A DNA stretch of 64,000 nt, taken from contig OZ251539.1 of the NCBI GenBank assembly GCA_965243135.1, positions 1-64,000 of the forward strand, read 5' to 3'. The translations under genes were made by a program, and so were the position numbers. This DNA is from Alphaproteobacteria bacterium. GTDB lineage: Bacteria; Pseudomonadota; Alphaproteobacteria; MPNO01; UBA830. The notes beneath the pieces were generated by a model that was not told the origin of the DNA, ran no database searches, and was given only the letters and a program-made list of their open reading frames with translations. Below, piece after piece: positions 55,839 to 64,000 of the stretch (position 1 is its first letter; the number at the start of each line of letters is the position of its first letter).

Positions 55839-57226
55839 GACGCCCGATCCTGGCAATGACGAAAACCATGCATAAGACGGTTTTCGATTATCTGTTTCCG
55901 GGAGACGGGCTTGAGGCGGCTGGCGTTCTGCTTTGCAATCAAGGAACGGGTAAGCGTTGCCAGCGGCTTCTTGCTGCGGAATTTCTGCATTTGCCTCATA
56001 ATCTGTCGGAAAGAAGACCGGATTTCGTTTCCTGGCCTTTCAGCGAGCACATGACGCCGGATCGGATCGGAGAGGCGGACCGAAAGGGTCAAACGATCAT
56101 CGCCATTCATTCGCACCCGAAGGGCGGCGGTCATTTTTCGGAGATTGACGACAAGAACGATCTGGAGCTGCTCAAATCGATAAATGGATGGTTTGACGAT
56201 GAGCGGACGAACGGAGTCGCGGTCATGACGCCGGACGGGGCGATTGCCGCCAGAACGATGGGTGAAGATCGAGGTTTCAGGAATGTCGAGGCAGTCTCGG
56301 CAGTAGGAAGCAGCATTCGAATATGGAAGTCCCGTCGGGAAGATCAGCATACTGCGTATGAAGCGAAGATGTCGCAGACCTTCGGGCAGGGAACCCTCGA
56401 ACTTCTGAAGTCGATGAGAATCGGAGTCGTTGGATGTTCGGGAACCGGCAGCATCGTGATCGAATTGCTGGCGCGAAACTGCGTGGGGGAACTTGTCATT
56501 GTCGACGACGACGTTCTGGAAGAAAAGAATCTCAATCGCGTTGTTGGCGGCACGATGAAGGATGCGCGCGCAGGGCGTCCGAAGGCGGCCGCGATACGGG
56601 ACGCTATCGGCGAGACGGGACTCGAAACTCGAGTCGAAGCGTATCGCGGCGTTACCGATTCGCCGGAGGTGATTTCGGCGTTGATCGATTGCGACGCGAT
56701 TTTCGGATGCGTCGATTCCGCGTTCGGCAGGTATCACCTGGACTGTCTGGCCAGCGCCTATCTGATTCCGTATTTCGACGTCGGCGTCCACATCGAGGCT
56801 GACGGAACCGGCGGGATCCGGGCGGCCGACGCCGTTGCGCACTATGTGCATCCGGACGGGCTCAGCCTGATCTCGAGAGGCGCCTATACGATGGAACAGG
56901 TCGCGGCCGAAGACTGGAGAAGGACCGATCCGGCGCACTATCGGAGACAGCGCATGGCGGGGTATCTGGCCGAAGTGGGCGAAGAACAGCCTGCGGTCAT
57001 GTCGGTCAACATGCAGGCGGCGTGCATGGCGTTCAACGACTTCATGGCGCGCATTCACGCCTTCCGGCTGGACGGCAATCACGAGTTCGGAACGCAAAGG
57101 TTCAGACTGGTGCACGGTTGCTATGAAAACGAGGCCGACGCCGGAGCTCCGCATCCGCTTCTCGGACGTTATGCAGGGACCGGGGACGGCAGCCTTCTGG
57201 TTCGGAACAATACCCGTCGTGATTAG
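55835..57226 (+). CDS. JAB peptidase - E1/ThiF fusion protein
   Basis: N-terminal E..HSHP..FSEIDD JAMM motif; C-terminal VVGCSGTGS, VDDD.LE.KNLNRV, FGCVDS, PAVMSVN. Confidence 0.85.
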   Translation: MRRPILAMTKTMHKTVFDYLFPGDGLEAAGVLLCNQGTGKRCQRLLAAEFLHLPHNLSERRPDFVSWPFSEHMTPDRIGEADRKGQTIIAIHSHPKGGGHFSEIDDKNDLELLKSINGWFDDERTNGVAVMTPDGAIAARTMGEDRGFRNVEAVSAVGSSIRIWKSRREDQHTAYEAKMSQTFGQGTLELLKSMRIGVVGCSGTGSIVIELLARNCVGELVIVDDDVLEEKNLNRVVGGTMKDARAGRPKAAAIRDAIGETGLETRVEAYRGVTDSPEVISALIDCDAIFGCVDSAFGRYHLDCLASAYLIPYFDVGVHIEADGTGGIRAADAVAHYVHPDGLSLISRGAYTMEQVAAEDWRRTDPAHYRRQRMAGYLAEVGEEQPAVMSVNMQAACMAFNDFMARIHAFRLDGNHEFGTQRFRLVHGCYENEADAGAPHPLLGRYAGTGDGSLLVRNNTRRD

Positions 57227-57584
57227 GTGGCTGTTCAACGCGATGGCGTTCCTGCATCCCTACGGAACCGAATGGGTGGAAAATCCGCCCGAGGAAATCC
57301 GGCGAAATACGGTGTATGTCGTCGGCGGCCGCGAACATCCATTCCAAGCCGGGGTCGCGTGCCCGCGAAAGAGGTGCAAGCACGTCATTTACCTGGATAT
57401 CGCGCCGGAGATAACCCGACGTTGGTCTCTGACGGAACACGATGACGGGCGCGTTTCGCTGTCTCCGTCGGTGCATGTGACAAGATTGCCTTGCAGATGC
57501 CACTACTGGATAAAACGAGGACGCATATGTTGGAGCGAAACGCCGCGTTTGCGCGTGCCGAAGGAGAATACAAGTGATCCGTAG
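57219..57584 (+). CDS. DUF6527-like Cys/His (putative Zn-binding) protein
   Basis: ACP..C...I.L....W.L......SLSPSV....CRCHYWI..G.I.W; GTG start overlaps the E1 gene (alternative ATG 57243). Confidence 0.75.
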   Translation: MIRWLFNAMAFLHPYGTEWVENPPEEIRRNTVYVVGGREHPFQAGVACPRKRCKHVIYLDIAPEITRRWSLTEHDDGRVSLSPSVHVTRLPCRCHYWIKRGRICWSETPRLRVPKENTSDP

Positions 57585-57923
57585 GATAATCATTGAGAAT
57601 TTCAAGAAGTTCGGTCGGCTGGAGTGCGACGACATTCCGGATAATTGCATCATTGTTGGCCCCAACAATTCCGTAAGCGTTCGGTCGTGGGGTGGCGACG
57701 TTGAGGCCTGCCTCCAGGCAGGGGCTTCAACCAGACGTCCTTGACCGGGAGGGCGCGTTCGTTTCGGGTACTGCCGCGGCCTACGCCGCCCCTCTGGTTG
57801 GCACCCGGCAACAGGTTTCTCGCGAAGTCCCGGAGAGTAAGCGTTCGGTTGCGAAGCGGGCTGTCGAGCCAGGCGAATCGCCCAGGCCTGGACACTCTTC
57901 TTTTGTTCTTGTATACGGCTGCC

Positions 57924-59570
57924 ATGGCGGTCGAATCTGCACGCACGCTTTCCGGGACCGAGCTGTCGGGCGACGGCCAAGCTCTGGCTGCGGCATGCCG
58001 AGCGAATGCGGCTCTCTGCCAGGCGCTGGAAAGCGCACTCGATAAAGCGGAGAAGTTTCGCCGCGACGCCGAGAGGTGGCAGGGAGCTTTCCACCGGGCG
58101 ATGGCGCTGATTAGAATCCTGAAAAAGAGACGCGAGGCGCCGCCCCGAGAGACGGCAGAGAACGAGAGTCTGAAGTCCCGCAGCCGCAGGTTTGCCCGGG
58201 AGTTGTTCGGGCGCCGCAGCGAGCGGCAGCCTACGGCAACCGGTCGACGCCGGGGGCGCAGTCAGGGAACGCCGTCGCACGGCCGCACGCCGCACCCCGA
58301 GCTGCCCGTTCGCGAGGAGGAGTCGCTTCCGGACGAGCGCACGTGTCCGGACTGCGGCAAGGCCTGGGTCTCGAACGGTTGGAAGGACACGGATCTCATC
58401 GAGACCAGGACCGTCACCTATGTCCGGAGGATTCGACGGAAGCGGCTGCGCCCGACCTGTACCTGCCGACCGGAAAAGGAGGCCGTCGGCCCGGCTCCGG
58501 CGCGGCTGTTTCCGAACACTCGGTACGGAGTTTCCGTCTGGGCGTACGTCCTGGCGGAGAGGTACGGCCTGCACCGTCCGTTGCGCTCGGTCTGCCGCGC
58601 GCTGGGTCAGCACGGGCTTGCCATTGCGCCCGGCACGTTGGCGGACGCTCAGCGGGGATTCCTGCGACTGTTCGAGCCGCTCGACGATGAGATCTCCCGG
58701 CGCCTGTCGGAGGCGCCGGTCGTTCACGGCGACGAAACAGGGTGGTGGATACGGGAGTTGGGCGAAGAAGACGGCGGCAACGCTCGCGCCTGGGCATGGA
58801 TCGCCCGGTCGGCGGACGCGGTTCGCATCGTTATTCTGCCGTCGCGCAGCGCGGAAGCCGCCCTTGAACTGTTCAGGGGGCTCGGCTCGCCCGAACAGGC
58901 GGCTCACCTGGTCTGCGACCGCTACTCCGCCTACCGGAAGCTGGCGCGCGTCATGGAAGGGTGCATCGTCCTTTCATATTGTTGGGTCCATGCCAGACGG
59001 GACTTCATCAACCTTGAGACCGGCTACCCGAACCTCGCGAAGTTCGCCCAAAAATGGCTTCGTCACATTGCGGCATTGTACCGACTCAACGCCAGGCGTC
59101 TGGCGTGTCCGGGCAACGCCGCCGCCCAGCGGCGGCTCGCGAGATTCGCCGGAGCGTTCTTCGCGGCGGCGAAAAAGGCACGGGACGCGCTTCCGGAGAG
59201 CGCGGCGCAACGCGGCCCTCTGGACTCCCTGCTACGCCACCGCGACGGCCTGACAGTGTTCGTCGACAACGCAGACGTTCCCATGGACAACAACCCCGCC
59301 GAACGCGGCCTGCGCGGCCTCGCGATCGGCCGGAAGCTCTCGTTCGGGTCGCATAGCGTGGACGGAGCGCAGTTGGCGGGCATGCTCTATTCCATCTTCG
59401 GCACGCTCGAGATGGCCGGCGTCTCGCCGTACCGCTGGCTACTCGGTTATCTCGATGCCTGCGCCCGGCATCGCGGTCCGCCGCCCGAAGGCCCTGCTGC
59501 CTGGCTGCCGTGGGGCGCAGGCGAGGAGCGTCTCCGCTCCTGGCGTCCCGCTCTCCCCCAAGGACCGTGA
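57924..59570 (+). CDS. IS66-family transposase (TnpC-like)
   Basis: LFGRRSE, CPDCG Zn finger, HGDETGW, CDRYSAY, CWVHARR.F, DNNPAERGLR..AIGRK. Confidence 0.93.
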   Translation: MAVESARTLSGTELSGDGQALAAACRANAALCQALESALDKAEKFRRDAERWQGAFHRAMALIRILKKRREAPPRETAENESLKSRSRRFARELFGRRSERQPTATGRRRGRSQGTPSHGRTPHPELPVREEESLPDERTCPDCGKAWVSNGWKDTDLIETRTVTYVRRIRRKRLRPTCTCRPEKEAVGPAPARLFPNTRYGVSVWAYVLAERYGLHRPLRSVCRALGQHGLAIAPGTLADAQRGFLRLFEPLDDEISRRLSEAPVVHGDETGWWIRELGEEDGGNARAWAWIARSADAVRIVILPSRSAEAALELFRGLGSPEQAAHLVCDRYSAYRKLARVMEGCIVLSYCWVHARRDFINLETGYPNLAKFAQKWLRHIAALYRLNARRLACPGNAAAQRRLARFAGAFFAAAKKARDALPESAAQRGPLDSLLRHRDGLTVFVDNADVPMDNNPAERGLRGLAIGRKLSFGSHSVDGAQLAGMLYSIFGTLEMAGVSPYRWLLGYLDACARHRGPPPEGPAAWLPWGAGEERLRSWRPALPQGP

Positions 59571-60439
59571 GCGGCAGCCCCCGCCGCTACTGCGGGCGCG
59601 ACTTCTCCGAGGACGAGGTCGACATGATCCGCGGCCTGATCGCGAGGGGCGGCCTCCACCGCCGGGCGCTGTCGCGGGAGGTCTGCCGCCGCCTCGACTG
59701 GCGCAAGCCCGACGGCGGCCTAAAGGATATGAGCGCGCGCGTCGCCATGTTGCGCATGCATCGCGACGGCGTGATCGTCTTGCCGCCGCCAAGGCGCGCG
59801 CCGGTCGTCCGCCGTCCGCTCGTGCCCGGTCCCGCGACCGACAGGCCCCCGTTCCCGACCCCCGAGCGTCTCGCCGATATCCAACCCGTCGCCGTTGAGC
59901 CCGTCCGGAACGCGGGCGAAGGCCGCCTCTGGAACGAGTTCGTCGCTCGCTACCACTATCTCGGCTATTCGACGCTGCCCGGCGCGCAGATGCGATACTT
60001 CGTTCGGGCCGCCGGAGGCGAACCCCTCGCCGTCCTCGGCTTCGGCGCCGCGGCCTGGAAGATCGCGCCGCGGGACAAGCTTGTCGGGTGGGATCCCGAG
60101 ACCCGCCGCCGCAACCTGCCTCTCGTGGTCAACAATGCAAGGTTCCTGATCTTGCCGTGGGTCCGGATCAAAAACCTCGCGTCCTGCATCCTTGCCATGG
60201 TTGAATGTCGCCTGCCCGACGATTGGGAAGGCCGCTACGCGTTGCGCCCGGCCCTGATGGAGACCTTCTGCGAGAGCACGCGCTTCGAAGGAACCTGCTA
60301 CCGGGCCGCCAACTGGACCAAGGTCGGCAAAACGCAGGGCCGCGGCAAGCTCGATACCCGGAAAGAACGCGCTCTCCCGGTCAAGGACATCTGGCTGAAA
60401 CCCCTGCGCCGGGACTGGAGGCGGCTCCTCAATGAATAG
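59567..60439 (+). CDS. DUF4338 (Druantia DruA-like) domain protein, IS passenger
   Basis: RYCGR.F, LSREVC..LDWR..G.LKDM, WNEFV.RYHYLGY, RD..VGW, VVNNARFLILPW, ETF, GTCYRAANW..VG.T.GRG; GTGA overlap with transposase. Confidence 0.82.
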   Translation: MSGSPRRYCGRDFSEDEVDMIRGLIARGGLHRRALSREVCRRLDWRKPDGGLKDMSARVAMLRMHRDGVIVLPPPRRAPVVRRPLVPGPATDRPPFPTPERLADIQPVAVEPVRNAGEGRLWNEFVARYHYLGYSTLPGAQMRYFVRAAGGEPLAVLGFGAAAWKIAPRDKLVGWDPETRRRNLPLVVNNARFLILPWVRIKNLASCILAMVECRLPDDWEGRYALRPALMETFCESTRFEGTCYRAANWTKVGKTQGRGKLDTRKERALPVKDIWLKPLRRDWRRLLNE

Positions 60440-62294
60440 GCCATCACCCCACGACCGAACGCTTACACAATTCCGGAAAGACCACCCTGCTGCAGGCGAT
60501 CGCCGCATGGTCGGAAATCGGATATTTGTGGCGCAACTCCTCTCCCGATTTGACGCGAGACGATTCTGGAAAGTATCACTTTTTGAAACTTGATCTGGCG
60601 AATTTTGGAACCATCTCGTCGCCAAATTTTTCCGAAATTTGGAAAGATAAAGAAGTTTCAAATCCGGCTTCCGTGTCCATTGAAACGGAAAGCTGGACCG
60701 TGGGATTCGAATTCGTCTATGAAGAACTCGGGACCGCTTCCATAAGGCCGAATTCGGACGTCAAAGAAGACGATCTGGAAAAATATCTGCATGAACCTTT
60801 CTCGGTCGGGTATATCTCCGCGCTGTCGAGTATGGACGCAAAAGAATCGATATATGGTCGCGAGGTTGTTTCGTCCCGTCTCGCACGCGGCCGAGGCGGC
60901 GAGGTAATCAGAAACATGTTGCGTACAGTCTACGAACACGACAATAAATGGAACAGTTTGCAGGCGACGATCAGAGATCTGTTCGGCTATGAAATTCAGC
61001 CGCCAAGCGGCGCGGATCCAATCTTCGCCGGTTATCGGCACTCGAAAGGCGGTGTATGGCACGATCTTTCGAGCGCAGCTAGCGGGTTTCTCCAGATCCT
61101 GATGGCTCATGCGGCGCTTTTGTACGAGGAATCTGATATTTTGTTGTTCGACGAACCCGATACCCACCTGCATAATTTATTGGAAGAAAGAATATACCAC
61201 AGTCTTAAGGATCATGCCAAGGGACGTCAGCTAATCATAGCGACGCATTCAAGACAGTTGATCGACGCAGCAGTTCGGGAGAATTCCGACCGCTTATTGA
61301 TCGTCACTTCCGAGGGATTGAAGAAGATCAAGAAGCAGGATGCGAATGAAATTAACAGAAGAGAAACGATCGAAATAGTAAACGCAGAAACGGAACGCGC
61401 CGTTCTGTATCTTGAAGGGCAAACGGATCTCAATATTTTGAAGGGATGGGCCAACGTTCTAGATCATTCATCGCGGCAACTTCTTGAAGCTCCTTTTTTT
61501 GTAGCAACGGCAGGGAAAGCGAACAAGCAGGCATTTTCCAAAAAGCACTTTGGTTCTCTGAAAGCTATAGTTCCAAATCTTCGCGGATTGGAGATACGTG
61601 ACGGAGACGGCAAGGAGCATAGTACGCCTAAGACGCCTCAAGGTTTTGCAATTATGTATTGGAAATGGTACGAGATCGAGAATTATTTGATTCACCCTGA
61701 ATCGCTCCTTCGCTATATTAGGGATGAAATTGGAATAGCAGAGAAAAGAGCTGCGGAAGAATATATGACAAAGAATCTTCCTCAAAGTAAATTTGAAAAA
61801 CCGTTTGATGACAGTTTTGTAGACAAGACAAAGGGAAAAGATATAATCAAAGATATTTTTGATAAGGCAAATTGCAATTTGCCTGCAACTGAATATTACC
61901 AGATCGCGAAACGGATGAGAGGCGATGAGATTCACCCGGAGGTTAAAGATAAATTAGACAAAATCGCCGATCTGAAGTCAGCCGATCTGAAGTCATAGGA
62001 CGAGAGCTACAGTATCGGCCATGCTAGGTCGGTCCTAACTGGACGGTATCTTCAACGCCTGCGCCGTCTGAGAACCCATGGAGCGTGCGTCGGCAGCCCC
62101 GGCTCCCTTCGCTCTGCGTAATTCAGGAGGCGCAGCCGAGGCGCGGCGCGCTTGCGGAGAAAGTTCGTTTCGTCGCCGGACGTTCGGCGGGGAGTGCGCG
62201 CCGCTGCGGTTTCGCCGGTCATGCGGGAAGCGATCCGCCAGATCCGGCGGTGCCAAGCGAAGTTGCGAGCGGATTTTTCGGCGGAACCTCCCGT

Positions 62295-62729
62295 CTATTC
62301 CGGCCAGGAAACGATCCTGTCTTCGGGATCGATTCTTCGAGACTCTCGAACCACCTTGCCCCGAACCGAGATCCCGGCGCGATGGACCGTTTCGGGGTCG
62401 CCGGAAACCAGCGGGTGCCACCAGAACAACTCCTTTCCTTCGGCGACCAGCCGATAGGCGCAGGTCGAAGGCAGCCATCCGCCGCTTCGCGCGAGTTCCG
62501 GAGTTATCCGGACGCAATCGGGCACGCGGTCGTTGCGGTTGCGGTAGTCGCCGCATCTGCAACTGTCCCGGTCGAGCAACCTGCAGGCGACGTCGGTGTA
62601 CGCGACCTCGCCCGTATGGACGTCTTCCAGCTTGAGCAGGCAGCACCGTGCGCACCCGTCGCACAGCGATTCCCATTCGTCGCCGCTCATCTCCTCGAGC
62701 CGTTTCCTGGTCCAGAAGGGATCGGTCAA
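62295..62729 (-). CDS. YcgN family cysteine cluster protein
   Basis: [35 protein letters not shown]. Confidence 0.92.
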   Translation of the reverse strand: MTDPFWTRKRLEEMSGDEWESLCDGCARCCLLKLEDVHTGEVAYTDVACRLLDRDSCRCGDYRNRNDRVPDCVRITPELARSGGWLPSTCAYRLVAEGKELFWWHPLVSGDPETVHRAGISVRGKVVRESRRIDPEDRIVSWPE

Positions 62730-63304
62730 CCGCGGACGTGCTCCCTGAGCTTCTCGGCGAGGCGTTCGGGCGCGGTCGCGTGCGTGAAATGCGTGACGTA
62801 GCCGCCCTTCGGATCCATGAGGAAAATGATCGACGAATGATCCACAAGGTAGTCGTCGCCGCTTCCTTCGCCTTTGCCGTAATAGACCCGGTAGGCCCGC
62901 GCCGCGGACGCGATCTGCTTGTCCGAACCCGTCAGGGCCACCATGCGCGGGTGGAAGTTCTCGACATAGGTCGCGAGATGCTCCGGCGTGTCGCGTTCCG
63001 GATCGACGGTGATGAAGATCGGCGTGACCCTGTCCTGACGCGGCTTTTCGAGCTGGTTCATCGCCGCGGTTATGACCTGGAGCGCGGTCGGGCAGATGTC
63101 GGGACAGTACGTGTATCCGAAATACACCAGCATGTAGCTGCCGCGATAGTCCGCGTCGGTGCGCGGCCGGCTTTCGTGATCGACCAGCGCGAACGGCCCG
63201 CCGACCAGCGCCGACCCTTTGCCGCCGCCGTAGAGGCCGTAGGCCGCGAGCGCGGCGAGGACGATGCCCGTCGCGGCGATCAAGACGACCTGATACTTGC
63301 GCAT
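62726..63304 (-). CDS. SCO1/SenC family copper chaperone
   Basis: [35 protein letters not shown]. Confidence 0.93.
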   Translation of the reverse strand: MRKYQVVLIAATGIVLAALAAYGLYGGGKGSALVGGPFALVDHESRPRTDADYRGSYMLVYFGYTYCPDICPTALQVITAAMNQLEKPRQDRVTPIFITVDPERDTPEHLATYVENFHPRMVALTGSDKQIASAARAYRVYYGKGEGSGDDYLVDHSSIIFLMDPKGGYVTHFTHATAPERLAEKLREHVRG

Positions 63305-63401
63305 CGCTTCTCCTGCGTCCGTTGCCCGCAGATTACGGGACGCCGCCGCGATTGGCCAGAGGACGCTTGACGCGAACCCCGAAGCCCACCAAATTTCCTG
63401 C

Positions 63402-63965
63402 ATGTTCGCACGCTTTTCAACGCGCGTTCTTCTCGCGGCCCTGCTGGCGGCAACCGCGTCGTCGGCGCCGTCCCGGGCGGAGATAAACCTCCTGTCGGGC
63501 GGTCCGCTCGTCGTGGCGGCCGAGGGCAACAGCGTTTCCGACGCGGAGGCGCTGCTGGCGCGGGGCGCCAACCCGAACGCGCTCGGCGCCGAAGGCAGGA
63601 CGGCGCTGATTATCGCCGCCGCCAAGGGGTACGAGGACATGGTGGAACTGCTCGTGCGCCGCCGCGCCGCGCTCGATCGCAGCGACAAGTTCGGGAATAC
63701 CGCTCTCTTCTATGCCGCCGCGGGAGACCATTCCGGAGTCGTGGAAATCCTGATCGAAGCCGGCGCCAGGAAAGACAAGGCCAATCGCCGGGGCGTCACG
63801 CCGCTCATGGTGGCGGCTTCCGAAGGGGGGCTGGCGACGATCCGGGCGCTGCTCGACGCGGGGGCGGACCCCGCGGTCACGGATTTCACCGGCCGCACGG
63901 CGTATCACTGGGCGGAGCGCGGCCGGCGCGGCGACGCGATGCGGCTTCTGGCGGTCCGCCCGTAA
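63402..63965 (+). CDS. Secreted ankyrin repeat protein
   Basis: Signal peptide; GRTALIIAA, GNTALFYAA, GVTPLMVAA, GRTAYHWA repeats. Confidence 0.88.
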   Translation: MFARFSTRVLLAALLAATASSAPSRAEINLLSGGPLVVAAEGNSVSDAEALLARGANPNALGAEGRTALIIAAAKGYEDMVELLVRRRAALDRSDKFGNTALFYAAAGDHSGVVEILIEAGARKDKANRRGVTPLMVAASEGGLATIRALLDAGADPAVTDFTGRTAYHWAERGRRGDAMRLLAVRP

Positions 63966-64000
63966 GGCGGCGCAGGACTATTCGCCCATATGCAGCAGTT

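Larger units (their letters stand above)
57673..60466 (+). mobile_element. IS66-family insertion sequence (2794 bp) with passenger gene
   Basis: Perfect 22-bp TIR GTAAGCGTTCGGTCGTGGGGTG; 8-bp TSD ACAATTCC at 57665-57672 and 60467-60474. Confidence 0.93.
57574..61998 (+). pseudogene. OLD-like ABC ATPase + TOPRIM-like gene interrupted by IS66 (parts 57574-57672 and 60475-61998)
   Basis: MIRRIIIENFKKF..IIVGPNNS | GKTTLLQAIAAW joins in frame on removing the IS and one TSD (540 aa); LLFDEPDTHLH, IIATHS, YLEGQTD, RDGD, EIENYL. Confidence 0.88.

Noticed and set aside
54737-57584. CBASS/Pycsar type II (Cap2/Cap3) or thiamine/molybdopterin biosynthesis
   Set aside because: No cyclase or nucleotidyltransferase; a dedicated multi-Ubl is present; the housekeeping moeB is elsewhere (31971-32765)
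59567-60439. Druantia defence system
   Set aside because: Only a DUF4338-like gene inside an IS; no DruE helicase or other Dru genes
61996-62060. Integron attC site after the ATPase gene
   Set aside because: No matching RYYYAAC...GTTRRRY pair and no integrase seen
63966-64000. Possible 3' end of a minus-strand gene at the window edge
   Set aside because: Too short to identify

Overview
High-GC alphaproteobacterial chromosome segment (Rhodospirillales-like gene order; host-associated lifestyle is only an inference). The housekeeping backbone is anmK, alpha/beta hydrolase, cysteine desulfurase, fdx, tenA, rpsO-pnp, irr-rubrerythrin-FeS oxidoreductase-DUF3501, moeB-dut-coaBC, ubiB-ubiE-mutM, rpsT-rhodanese-dnaA-dnaN-recF-gyrB, a PBP1A-family gene, ycgN and sco. 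Three accessory areas stand out. (1) At 1-5.4 kb, a >=1799-aa modular secreted adhesin/autotransporter-like gene lies on the minus strand. The ORF track misses it, and a G13 tract lies just upstream. (2) Six paralogous AAA-ATPase-like + PD-(D/E)XK nuclease genes: four in tandem at 18.5-26.2 kb and two divergent at 40.4-44.3 kb. They are patchwork mosaics of each other and each has a predicted leaderless promoter. Most sit in a repeat unit carrying a decayed DUF1640-like gene, and three spacers also carry an IS30-like left end. (3) A defence-like island at 54.6-62 kb: triple ubiquitin-like protein, Ser-type E2, JAB-E1 fusion and DUF6527-like Zn protein, overlapping an OLD-like ABC-ATPase/TOPRIM gene. 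That gene is split within its Walker A motif by an IS66-family element carrying a DUF4338-like passenger. No rRNA, tRNA or CRISPR array was seen. All family names come from motif recognition by eye, not database searches.
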